DNA of 63,077 nucleotides from a virus (Duplodnaviria; Caudoviricetes): IMG/VR virus record IMGVR_UViG_3300020045_000872, positions 1 to 63,077 of that record; one strand, 5' to 3'. Shown piece by piece: positions 54,239 to 63,077 of this stretch (position 1 is its first letter; each line of letters starts with the position of its first letter). The notes under the pieces were generated by a model. It saw only the letters and a program-made list of their open reading frames with translations, ran no database searches and was not told where the DNA came from. The position numbers and the translations under genes were made by a program.

Positions 54239-54757
54239 TTAAAAGAATCCTGCAATAGTATCTACGCCATTTGAGACGTTCTCTAATGCTCCAGATAAAA
54301 TATCGTTAATATCAATACCGTTAGAGGCGTTACCTCCAAGGTTTCCACTTCCACTTACGAACGACATAATCTCGATTTCCCATTTGCGAGTGGTTAGGCC
54401 ATCAGCCGTGAAAACCACTTCGGGGAATGTGTGTATATATGCTTCGTTAGATTGAAAGCGGGATGTACCAGATGCGTCCTTAACTGCCACCTCAAGTCGC
54501 CCAGACTTATGGGCAGCATCTTGAAGTAGAATGTCAGAGAACACGTCATTGGCAATAGATGTGGGGAGAACTTCTAAAACCAGGGTAGATTTTCTATCCT
54601 GGCTATAAACTCTTGTGTGGACACCACGGATTCCTTTGCGTATGCTGAACACTTCGGACTGCCAGATAAGGCTGACTGATACGATGCCAGGAATTTGATA
54701 CCCACAGATAGTAATAATAACACTGGATGGGTCATACGTCAATACATTACCAGACAT
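54239..54757 (-). CDS. tail tube-like protein
   Basis: TYDP..V.I; paralog of 55341-55865. Confidence 0.7.
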   Translation of the reverse strand: MSGNVLTYDPSSVIITICGYQIPGIVSVSLIWQSEVFSIRKGIRGVHTRVYSQDRKSTLVLEVLPTSIANDVFSDILLQDAAHKSGRLEVAVKDASGTSRFQSNEAYIHTFPEVVFTADGLTTRKWEIEIMSFVSGSGNLGGNASNGIDINDILSGALENVSNGVDTIAGFF

Positions 54758-54766
54758 AAATACTCC

Positions 54767-55279
54767 TTATCCTATGGCGAAAGTTGAAAGAACATCCAGC
54801 ACAGGGGTAACAGCAGCCCCAATACCAAGTGCAGTTAGTAGGTTGTCAGTACCAGCACCACCAATGTTAGCGATAACATCTGTGCAGCTAAGAGTCCAAG
54901 TACGTGTCTCCATTTGGTTTGAGAACACGATATCAGGTATGATTTCTACCCAGGCTGATGCAGCCATGAACATTGTTGTACCGTTCGAATCTTTGATGAA
55001 CAGTGGGAACTTACCAAAGCCTGTAGCCTTGTCAGCGTTCCAGAATATTGAGAAAACGTCGTTAGCAGTAGAAGATTGGGCGAGAGTGATTTCTACTTTC
55101 CAACCTGTATCTGGTGATTTAATTCTTGCTATAGTTCCATCCATCGCTCTGATGGTTGAGATTTGTTGTGTATCTTTTCTGATATTTACAAATGTGCCGT
55201 CTGCATAGCCAGTGACGGTGTACAAACCTGCAACTGTAATTGAGATATCATTTGGGGCATAATGTTTTAGGCTTGCCAT
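54767..55279 (-). CDS. tail tube-like protein
   Basis: HYAPND.S...GYADG...LAQSS.AN; paralog of 55341-55865. Confidence 0.75.
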   Translation of the reverse strand: MASLKHYAPNDISITVAGLYTVTGYADGTFVNIRKDTQQISTIRAMDGTIARIKSPDTGWKVEITLAQSSTANDVFSIFWNADKATGFGKFPLFIKDSNGTTMFMAASAWVEIIPDIVFSNQMETRTWTLSCTDVIANIGGAGTDNLLTALGIGAAVTPVLDVLSTFAIG

Positions 55280-55340
55280 TTATAAACTCCTTAGAAAAAG
55301 AAAAGGGGCCGCCACGAATGGAAGCCCCTTAACGAATGTG

Positions 55341-55865
55341 TTACTGTTGAATCCACTTAGCAGCAAGTGTGCCACCCAGTGTTTCAATTGTGTTTTGGTC
55401 TTCTGGTGTGACAATGGCGTTACCACCTGCATACCCGTCAAGGTTGAAGGCTTGAATAACCCAGTCACGTGTCATCATGCTGTTAGAGTAGCCAGCGTTA
55501 GGACGAACACCAATGTAAGCATCATCACTGAAATAGATAGAACGACCTGACGAGTCTTTAACTTGTACAGAGAACAATCCATCTGAATTACGTCCGTCAT
55601 TAGCAAAAAGCTGAGATAGTACGTCATTAGATGCAGAAGTTTGTTGTAGGCTCAGAGTTAGTGCAGCTGAGTTGCTAGCGTTAAATACACGTGTACCAGT
55701 GTTATCTGCACCAGTGTATAGGCTGTAGCGTGGGCTGCTCCATTCGATATTTACGATAGAGTCTTCTGAGTAGCCACTAATTAAGTGGGCAATACCTGTG
55801 CTCGTTTGAGTGATAATAACACTCACGTCATTTGGAGCGAACGTAGCTAGACGTTGTGTAGACAT
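55341..55865 (-). CDS. tail tube protein (DUF3277-like)
   Basis: FAPNDV...GYSED...LQQTS.SND; terminator at ~55301-55330. Confidence 0.8.
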   Translation of the reverse strand: MSTQRLATFAPNDVSVIITQTSTGIAHLISGYSEDSIVNIEWSSPRYSLYTGADNTGTRVFNASNSAALTLSLQQTSASNDVLSQLFANDGRNSDGLFSVQVKDSSGRSIYFSDDAYIGVRPNAGYSNSMMTRDWVIQAFNLDGYAGGNAIVTPEDQNTIETLGGTLAAKWIQQ

Positions 55866-55897
55866 ATTTTAAATCTCCTAAAATAGGTGTAGGCCGG

Positions 55898-56449
55898 TTA
55901 GACTGTTTTACGGAATTTATTTCTAAGGGTCTGTTTCATGCTCTCACTTCGCCTATTCAAATCTTCTTCGCTGCCACGTTTAGGTCTTACAACGGCCTTT
56001 AGTGGTTTCACTTCAAGATGGAGATTCCCAGCTTTACGTCTTGCGTAGAAAGTTTTCTTATTCCAATTAAGGGCTTTGATAGCGGTTCGGTTATTTGGGA
56101 ACCAAAACCCGCCAGCACAAACTGGAACGTCATCAGAACGGTGGGCTACGGTGGAACCCCTATCCGGGGAACCTCCTGACTGGAGGTTATATCCACTGGG
56201 AGCAGTGGTTACATAGTTGTCAATGGCGAGAACTTCAAGCTCATTTATATACTCCTTAGAACCTTCAACGAGAACTTCAAAATAGAAATTCTCGTTTCCG
56301 TACTTCTCAACTGCACTACGCAACACTGGTGAAGAGGATTGACCTTTCCACGATAAGTGTTGCTTTCTGCGTTTGGCTGGGTCGTTAGTGATCCCAATAT
56401 ACTGCTTACCATTCACTTTATTTGTAATGCGGTAGAGGAAGTAGTTCAT
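55898..56449 (-). mobile_element. free-standing GIY-YIG homing endonuclease between sheath and tube
   Basis: LYRITN.VNGKQYIG.T....R...H...GYN. Confidence 0.88.
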
Positions 56450-57732
56450 CAGACTGTGACCGTTCCTTGTACCTTGATGAAGTGAATCGCGCCTGCTAGA
56501 CGTGCTGAGAAGGTGATGCCTTCAAAGATACGCTGTGCACGTGTATTAGTTGACAGCGAGAGAACATCAGGAACAACTACGACTGGGGCTGGTACAGGGG
56601 CTAGACCACCTACACGGATACCATCGTTAAGTTGTGCACGAATCTCTGCTTCAATGATTGCAGCGCCAGCAGCTGTGTAAGGGATTTTCTTACTGTTTAC
56701 TAGGCGACTCCACAGACGTTCCTTCATACGGGCTTCTAGCCAGTCAACGAAGATGATTACGTCGATCCATTCACCACCAAACATCTTGGCTCCGATTGTG
56801 CTGTTTAGACCACCAACACGTTCGTAGGTCGATGCAGATTTGGCTTGGATGTTGCTCGACTCTGTATCACTCAGAGACGACACTGTCACACCAGATAGAG
56901 CTTTGTAAGCCCAAGTATTAGACCCTGGCTGTTCTTGTAGTTGGTAACCAACCCAAGCAGCTTCTGGGAACTCTGTGTCAGCAGTAGCAGACCAAACACC
57001 GAAAGTTCTTTGGTAACCCAAAGCTTCCAGTTTAGAGAATGTATCTGTAGTCGAAGTTGTTTTCACGTCCAGCGAGGCAGAAGATGTACCGAATACTTTC
57101 TTCATACCTTCGATCATACCAGCTACTGCCAGTACGTCAGCTTCTAGGTGAGACTCGATCATTACCGCATACCAAGTGTTGTTCACTAGGGATACCGCGT
57201 TGATAGCATCAATCCAAGATTCAGTTGCAGGACTGTTGGCCTGTGTCATGTTAGCTGTCACAGCAAGTGAATAACCTACAGCAGATGCAATTGTAAGTGT
57301 TCCGTCAAGGTTGTCTGTAACTGTTACGCCAGTGATTGGTGTAACGTCATAAGCAGTCTTAATAGCTGCTGCAATGGTAATTTGAGTATCTACACCAGTC
57401 GCAACATAGCTGAATGGGGTTTCGTTGATTGTTAGTGTGTAAGTTCCAGCTGCCGCAGCAGAGATACTTACAGTAGAACTTGGAACAAGTCTGCGACCAA
57501 TTACGATCTGAGAAGGCTTTAGCACTTGGCTAAAAAGCTTCTGAGCTACGATGTAGGCACTATCAGTTACAGCGAAGTCTTCCGATACAGCAGTCAAGCT
57601 TGAGTAGTTTCTAGCTCGTTCAGCAAACTTAGTGTGTGCTGATACGAACAGTGGTACGTTGAAATTTGTTTGTGTGACAGCAGCAGTTTCTCTAGTGATG
57701 TCAATTTGAATGATATCCGTAAGAACGGTCAT
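56449..57732 (-). CDS. tail sheath (DUF3383-like)
   Basis: TW.YK.L.GV, G.WID....DWL, KIPYT..G, AGAIH. Confidence 0.9.
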   Translation of the reverse strand: MTVLTDIIQIDITRETAAVTQTNFNVPLFVSAHTKFAERARNYSSLTAVSEDFAVTDSAYIVAQKLFSQVLKPSQIVIGRRLVPSSTVSISAAAAGTYTLTINETPFSYVATGVDTQITIAAAIKTAYDVTPITGVTVTDNLDGTLTIASAVGYSLAVTANMTQANSPATESWIDAINAVSLVNNTWYAVMIESHLEADVLAVAGMIEGMKKVFGTSSASLDVKTTSTTDTFSKLEALGYQRTFGVWSATADTEFPEAAWVGYQLQEQPGSNTWAYKALSGVTVSSLSDTESSNIQAKSASTYERVGGLNSTIGAKMFGGEWIDVIIFVDWLEARMKERLWSRLVNSKKIPYTAAGAAIIEAEIRAQLNDGIRVGGLAPVPAPVVVVPDVLSLSTNTRAQRIFEGITFSARLAGAIHFIKVQGTVTV

Positions 57733-57743
57733 ACGTTATTCTC

Positions 57744-58313
57744 CTAAGTAGGTAGAGTGATTTCCAGTTGAGTCTTCATTGTGTAGTCAGGTGGTTGGTT
57801 GGCGTCATAGTAGACACCTTCACCACTAATAGCTGCGGCGTAATCTTGTTCCACTGTAATCATTGCTGAGTATGCAAACACACAATCTAACTGGTAGATC
57901 ATATACATATCAGTATCACGTTTAAGTGGTAATCTTCTTAGAGTAGAAAGTTTATGCAAAGCTATTCTGTTAATAGTTTGCAGTTCATATCCAGTGGATG
58001 TTCTAAGCTCAAGTTGAAATAGGTCAGCCATGCTAGCAAGGGTGGTGTTATCATCATACTTACCAATAAACTCGAATCTTACAGAAGTTTCGTAGTCTTG
58101 AATTGTAGTCTGAATCAACTTAACTCCATCCTCACCTACAGTAGGTGTGGAGCTATATTCTCTGCCACAGGGTTCAATCTTTCTTACATCAATAGAGACA
58201 TAAGGGTTTATTGGCTCTGAGGCGTTTGTGTAAGCGAATAACACGGTCCAGTCAGGGTGGAAAGTGTTTATGATGTTGTAGAGTGAGTCTTCCAAGTCTT
58301 GATAGATATTCAT
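57744..58313 (-). CDS. neck or tail terminator protein
   Basis: Synteny upstream of the sheath. Confidence 0.65.
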   Translation of the reverse strand: MNIYQDLEDSLYNIINTFHPDWTVLFAYTNASEPINPYVSIDVRKIEPCGREYSSTPTVGEDGVKLIQTTIQDYETSVRFEFIGKYDDNTTLASMADLFQLELRTSTGYELQTINRIALHKLSTLRRLPLKRDTDMYMIYQLDCVFAYSAMITVEQDYAAAISGEGVYYDANQPPDYTMKTQLEITLPT

Positions 58314-58681
58314 TAGGTTAGTTCCACTCTTGAGCACAAGGCTTTATAGTGATTTAATACACCCATATCATAATCAATAACTTTCATGATTTCATACAAC
58401 TCGCCCTTCCAGTAGAAGCGATCTGCAAGCCATCCTCCAGTACCTTCCTTTGTCTGCCTAAGTTCAGCACCTTTTGAGTACAGCTTAAGTGTGGCTCGAC
58501 TTCTATCAGCCTCTGGTAGTAAGTAAGTATCGGAAGACTTAAGCACTGGTTGTACATTGCATACAACTTGGACAACATTCTCAACTCCAGGGCTGGGACG
58601 CCCTCTGACGAGTATATCAGCCTCACGGCGGATAACATCAAGCGTGACGTGTCCTGTAAGGAGCAGCGGTGGATTTCTCAT
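58313..58681 (-). CDS. head closure or head-tail adaptor
   Basis: VQP...LPE.DR...AD...W.G..Y. Confidence 0.7.
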   Translation of the reverse strand: MRNPPLLLTGHVTLDVIRREADILVRGRPSPGVENVVQVVCNVQPVLKSSDTYLLPEADRSRATLKLYSKGAELRQTKEGTGGWLADRFYWKGELYEIMKVIDYDMGVLNHYKALCSRVELT

Positions 58682-58692
58682 TGTATTGCTCC

Positions 58693-59160
58693 TTATCGGT
58701 GGATGTAGAACTTAACTGACTCAAGCATTTTTCCAGAGTCGATAAGTGGTGTATCTCTTCCCTTTTTAAGGGCGATTGTGGCCGGACTATTACCACCCCT
58801 GGAGGCGTAGTCTTGGATGCTATATTGCATCATTCCTGCTGAAAGTTTACCCAGAGTATTCATGAGTCTTTGACTTGCAGTACCACCTTTCAGAATATCA
58901 GTAAAGATACTTTTCATCCCCCTGGCCATATAGAGTTGGTTCATACTGTCAGAGAATGTATCTGACATAAATGGCCTAGTGGGGTTGAACTTAGTACCGA
59001 ACTCGTTCATAGCAGCTACTGTAGCTACTGACAGATTACCATTCTCAGGACCGTAACGATCCTCTTCAAAGAATCCTACCGAGATTTCAGTACCATTTAA
59101 TTTGTCCAACCTCTTAATCAAGGTTGGTAGTTTTGTTTCTAACTTAATAGTGAAGCCCAT
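58693..59160 (-). CDS. neck or tail completion protein
   Basis: VA..NEFG....P.RPF...PLIDSG. Confidence 0.75.
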   Translation of the reverse strand: MGFTIKLETKLPTLIKRLDKLNGTEISVGFFEEDRYGPENGNLSVATVAAMNEFGTKFNPTRPFMSDTFSDSMNQLYMARGMKSIFTDILKGGTASQRLMNTLGKLSAGMMQYSIQDYASRGGNSPATIALKKGRDTPLIDSGKMLESVKFYIHR

Positions 59161-59620
59161 GACCACCACCCGCACTACCACAATGATCGTAGTTGTATTG
59201 CCAATTGCCACACCCAAGTCTTAATTGAGGTCTGTCAGTTGGAACCATCACTGAGCTGTTGTCTGAGTTGATTCTATTGCTGTGCATATCAGAACGTGAT
59301 ATACCACCTGCGTAAGGAACCGCAAGACTGATAGCAATGTTAGGGTCTTTCAAAATAAGCTCTAAGGCGCGGTAGTAGTTATTAAACCAATCACCACCAT
59401 AAACCTCAATATCACCTGTACGTTCACGTGTGTAACGTGTCAGGCTGAAAAGAAGAGCACGGGCTGCATCTAGTGTAGCTCTGTTCTCATTCCCATTATT
59501 CTTGTCAATGAAATACTGATAATCTTCATCATGCAGTAGTTCAAAGTCTGACCAAATGTCACCAACATTCAAACGAATTCTGTCAGTAGCACTTGTTGAT
59601 GGACTTCCAGTATATGGCAT
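59144..59620 (-). CDS. head-tail connector
   Basis: Directly after the major capsid gene; D.IRL.VGD. Confidence 0.7.
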   Translation of the reverse strand: MPYTGSPSTSATDRIRLNVGDIWSDFELLHDEDYQYFIDKNNGNENRATLDAARALLFSLTRYTRERTGDIEVYGGDWFNNYYRALELILKDPNIAISLAVPYAGGISRSDMHSNRINSDNSSVMVPTDRPQLRLGCGNWQYNYDHCGSAGGGHGLHY

Positions 59621-59672
59621 ATTCTAGGCTCCTAAGCAAAGAAAGGGGGCATCAAAAATGCCCCCAGTTCAA

Positions 59673-60728
59673 TTAGGCACCAACGATACCCTTAACGATC
59701 AACTGTGGACGACGTAGGACGTTCAGGAAGTTGGATTCGGTTTGGATTTCGATCATTTGCCCACGGCCATCGCCGTATTCGAATGCGTACAGCTCTTGAC
59801 CTTGAGTGTTAACAAAGTCGAAGTGGTCAGCTGGACCGAAGTATTGAACGAAGTTATCGCCCATATCGGTTGGCATGAAGTAGCAATCGCCTGCTGGGAT
59901 GTAACGAGTGCCAGCTGGAGAAACACCACGGTATTCAACATAAGTAATGTTGCCGATAGTGAACTCACGGTAGCGAGCGTCGTATCCGTTAGCAGTCAGA
60001 CGGTCTTTCAGGATTTGTGGAGACTGTTGGTAAGCCAGCCACAGTTGCTTCATTGTTGGGTGAGCAATGAGCTTCTGGAAGAACTCTGGGGAAGCTACAG
60101 CAAAGATTTGACCGTAGATTGTGCCATCGTGTGCGTTGTCTTGGATAGCAGCGAAAACCAGTTCAGTTTTAGCGATGATATCTGTAGTCGAGGTATTCAG
60201 CTGGAAGTCAACAGTTGTACGCGAAGCGCCAAACTGAGTGTACCAGTCGTAAGTTACGTTACCGTTAGGAGCGTAAGCTGTACCAGTTGTGATTGTGTGC
60301 CAGATGGCAGTTTCGTGTGTAGCAGCCCATGACTTACGGATCACTTCAAGCTTACGTGCACGCACGGCAGCCAGGGTTTCCAGATCGTCAACACCGAAAG
60401 CACGCTTACCTTGGATATCACGTGGAGTGATAGAAGCATCAAGGGTAAAGTGTGGAATCGAGAAGGCGTGCATTTTACGTGTTGGATCACTAACCACGGT
60501 GTGACGAGCGCCACGGTGTACGTCTTTGATCAGGCCGTATCCAGTTGTGATTTCTTCAACTGTGATTGTTTCTTGGTTTGTGGTATCTTTAGCGAATAGC
60601 CCAAGTTGTGTACCCAGGAACCAGTCGTTAGGGATGATCATCAGTGGAGCCGACAGGTCGGTGTACTCGTAGTTGTTGTTACCGAACGAGCGAGTTGCCT
60701 GCTTAGCTAGTTGTACTGTTGTAGACAT
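59673..60728 (-). CDS. major capsid protein (lambda E-like)
   Basis: 351 aa, IPHF, YDWY.QFG; terminator at ~59642-59666. Confidence 0.9.
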   Translation of the reverse strand: MSTTVQLAKQATRSFGNNNYEYTDLSAPLMIIPNDWFLGTQLGLFAKDTTNQETITVEEITTGYGLIKDVHRGARHTVVSDPTRKMHAFSIPHFTLDASITPRDIQGKRAFGVDDLETLAAVRARKLEVIRKSWAATHETAIWHTITTGTAYAPNGNVTYDWYTQFGASRTTVDFQLNTSTTDIIAKTELVFAAIQDNAHDGTIYGQIFAVASPEFFQKLIAHPTMKQLWLAYQQSPQILKDRLTANGYDARYREFTIGNITYVEYRGVSPAGTRYIPAGDCYFMPTDMGDNFVQYFGPADHFDFVNTQGQELYAFEYGDGRGQMIEIQTESNFLNVLRRPQLIVKGIVGA

Positions 60729-60751
60729 TTTAGTCTCCTATATAGTGTGGA

Positions 60752-61129
60752 TTAGTAAGTAATCTGATCAACAGCGAAGATATTCTTCAATGCCAGTTTA
60801 TCAGTAGCTGTTTTACGTTGTACGTCAGTAGTAACGTCAGCTCCGAAGATCAGTTTAGCTTTACCTACTTTCGCATGACCACGGGCCAGCACTAATACTT
60901 TTGTGTATTCAGCAGCAGACGGACGAGTCAGGTCGTCAATAAGAATGTATGTTGCGTCAGCTAGAGTAGCTGCAACGACTAGGGCGCCAGTGCTATCAAG
61001 AACAGAACCAGTGATTGTTGCGTTAACACTTGCCTTAGCAAGCACTTCACGTGTAACACCACTACCAGCTTCTTCTTCATATACCAGCCAGTTGCTTAGA
61101 CGTTGTACATCAGCAGCGTAAGTTGCCAT
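60752..61129 (-). CDS. head decoration protein
   Basis: Upstream of the capsid gene; VLARG. Confidence 0.75.
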   Translation of the reverse strand: MATYAADVQRLSNWLVYEEEAGSGVTREVLAKASVNATITGSVLDSTGALVVAATLADATYILIDDLTRPSAAEYTKVLVLARGHAKVGKAKLIFGADVTTDVQRKTATDKLALKNIFAVDQITY

Positions 61130-61152
61130 ATTGTAAATCTCCTATGATTTAA

Positions 61153-62079
61153 TTATTTAACGCCGTAACGGGCTTTAAGGATTTGAGTAGTGCGGTCAAC
61201 TTCTTCGGCAGACTCAGCGCCAGCGCCAGCAATGCCAGCCTCTTGCATCATCTCAGAAGCATCAACAGCGGATGCCAGGGATTTCATCAGATCAACTTGC
61301 ATGGTAAATGCTTCGTCATCCAACACTTCTAGCGATTTAAGTACAGCTTCTAGTTTGTCAGCTGGAACTTTAGCAGCACCAAGTGCAGCTTTACGTGTTT
61401 CAACTTTCAGAGCAGCAGCAGCAGTTGTAAACACTTCCAGTTGTTCTTGAGCAGCTTTAAGGACTAGCGCTTGGCTATCCAGGGCTTTCTGAACTTCTGC
61501 AAGAGCAGCAACACCAGCAGCCTTTTCAACTGCAACAGCAGCTTCAACAGCTTCTAAGTGAGCAGCTTTTAGAATTGTTTCCATTGGAGTTTCCTCATAT
61601 TTTAATTTAGATTGTTCTGGCAGATTCTCCAGAGCTTTTTCCAGCATTTCCTGATCTTTCAGGATGGCCAGTGTCTCTTCTGGAGATAGGTCAGCAAGTG
61701 CCTTCTCCAAGTCTTGGGCACGATATACAGCTTTGAGGATGTTGATTGACTCTACGCGCTTGTCGATATAGTCTTTACGATCTTCGTCATCATCTTCATA
61801 CTCTGTACGTCCATACCCCATCGCTACAGAAAGGACTTCTGCATCGTCCCAGTACATTCCGAAGAACTTACGCAGGAATTCAGGAAACTGCATTTCAACG
61901 GTCACTGTTGTGGCCTTCTCAATCAGCTCTTGTGTAATGGTATTGGTAGCTTTAGTAATAAGAGTTGTACGTCCATTAGCAGCACCACCAACAGATGGCC
62001 CTACAAGTGCAACGTGTGCACCATTATGTTCGAAACTAATATCACTCAATCTACGCTTAGCTTTTAATTCTGTTGTCAT
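61153..62079 (-). CDS. head scaffolding or maturation protein
   Basis: HVALV..G.ANG N-terminus; Ala/Glu coiled coil. Confidence 0.7.
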   Translation of the reverse strand: MTTELKAKRRLSDISFEHNGAHVALVGPSVGGAANGRTTLITKATNTITQELIEKATTVTVEMQFPEFLRKFFGMYWDDAEVLSVAMGYGRTEYEDDDEDRKDYIDKRVESINILKAVYRAQDLEKALADLSPEETLAILKDQEMLEKALENLPEQSKLKYEETPMETILKAAHLEAVEAAVAVEKAAGVAALAEVQKALDSQALVLKAAQEQLEVFTTAAAALKVETRKAALGAAKVPADKLEAVLKSLEVLDDEAFTMQVDLMKSLASAVDASEMMQEAGIAGAGAESAEEVDRTTQILKARYGVK

Positions 62080-62537
62080 TCTAAGTCCTCAGCCGTGGCC
62101 ATAGCACCAATGGATACACCATTAATCTCTCCAGACTTCACAGCATTCCATAGAGCCTCACCAGTTTCTGTTTCTGGAAAGTGGAACCACTGTAGCCAAG
62201 TACCTTTCTTAATCTCAACTCCGCTATCTAAAGTAAAATCAGATGGTGAGATAAAGGATTGGACAATGTGAGCTTCCTCTGTTTCAACTTTGTGGAACAG
62301 GTTGGCTGTATTACAGTGTGTGTTAAAGTTGTTGCAGGCTTTCTCAATCTCTTCTGCTGTGTAAGTATCACTATGCAGATCGGTTGTTGTATCGCCAACT
62401 TGTGGTTCTAATACAACGAAGAGTGCCATACGCTTTTCTTCATCTAGTGCCTTAGTTACTTCAACAACATCGGAAGACTCTTTCGAGCCTCCGAAGTGCT
62501 TTTCAATAAGTTCCGCTAGGGCTTCTACAAATTTCAT
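62076..62537 (-). CDS. XkdF-like prohead serine protease
   Basis: VLEP...D.H.D...H...GTW...W..VKSGEING.SIG. Confidence 0.75.
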   Translation of the reverse strand: MKFVEALAELIEKHFGGSKESSDVVEVTKALDEEKRMALFVVLEPQVGDTTTDLHSDTYTAEEIEKACNNFNTHCNTANLFHKVETEEAHIVQSFISPSDFTLDSGVEIKKGTWLQWFHFPETETGEALWNAVKSGEINGVSIGAMATAEDLE

Positions 62538-62545
62538 ATTACCTC

Positions 62546-62965
62546 CTACGCATTATTGGCTGCTGCGTTATCCCTTGTGGATGCTTTACCGCTGGCACCG
62601 TTTCCGCCACCAGCTGCCATACCGTCCCCAGCTTGGCTATCACCACCCATAATCTCTTCTTTGTCTACTGGTTCATCATCGCCTTTAGCGACAACTTTAA
62701 TAGACTCACGAATCTTGTTAGCCATAGGACGATCAAGTTCAAGAGCGCCAACACTACCCATACGTTGAATTGCTTTGGAGAATTCATCCAAGTCAACTTC
62801 GTCAAGGTCGCCATATTTAAGTTTAGGTAATTCTTTCGAAGTAAGAACCTCACCATTCAGTGCAAACAGCTGTGGGACTAAATCAGTGTTCAATGTATCT
62901 TGAATTTCTTTTAATCTAGCTTCAATGGCCATAGCCATGATGTTTGTTTTAGCACCTGCAAGAGG
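62546..62965 (-). CDS. portal protein, 3' fragment only
   Basis: LAGAK...I...LN.DLVPQL..LN...P.L; frame closed upstream by TAG at 62966-62968. Confidence 0.75.
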   Translation of the reverse strand, partial: PLAGAKTNIMAMAIEARLKEIQDTLNTDLVPQLFALNGEVLTSKELPKLKYGDLDEVDLDEFSKAIQRMGSVGALELDRPMANKIRESIKVVAKGDDEPVDKEEIMGGDSQAGDGMAAGGGNGASGKASTRDNAAANNA

Positions 62966-63077
62966 CTACAAACTTAATAACCCCATTCGATGGAATTGAC
63001 CCAAGGGTTTATGTTGGCACTCAGGCATTCACCACTCAGAGCTTTACAGAGGCCAACTGTAAGAACGGCGTGCAGTA

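Noticed and set aside
1-63077. Prophage or temperate lifestyle, or genetic-code reassignment
   Set aside because: No integrase, repressor or host genes were seen; genes translate fully in the standard code, and the single portal stop is followed by non-portal sequence.

Overview
The window is about 63 kb of a lytic myovirus genome, almost entirely encoded on the - strand. Gene order and content resemble PAK_P1/KPP10/phiPsa374-like Pseudomonas phages; this assignment is from recognition, not a database search. Reading the - strand from the right end: a portal 3' fragment whose frame is closed by a stop at 62966-62968, then head, neck, contractile tail and baseplate genes, two tail fibres, and a lysis cassette (SAR endolysin, holin, overlapping spanins). 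Next come a short + strand block with an RNA ligase, a replication module (primase-helicase, family A DNA polymerase, probable SSB, exonuclease), nucleotide metabolism genes (ThyX, NrdB, NrdA, glutaredoxin, MazG-like) and many small accessory genes. A repeat-rich non-coding region at ~6.6-7.1 kb may be the physical genome end. An early-type region (1-6.6 kb) has a sigma70-like promoter in front of most genes. The best candidate for an undescribed system is a self-contained unit at 33954-35004: promoter, a 205-aa helical protein resembling the DIP1984/septicolysin-like family, a ~330-nt non-coding RNA closed by a long-range stem and carrying six AAAG(C/G)U repeats, then a terminator. The second candidate is a cluster of three paralogous proteins ending in a W-x(1-2)-S-S-x(1-2)-C tail, near a nucleotidyltransferase-like gene and a MazG-like gene. 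No tRNA, rRNA, CRISPR array or integrase was seen.
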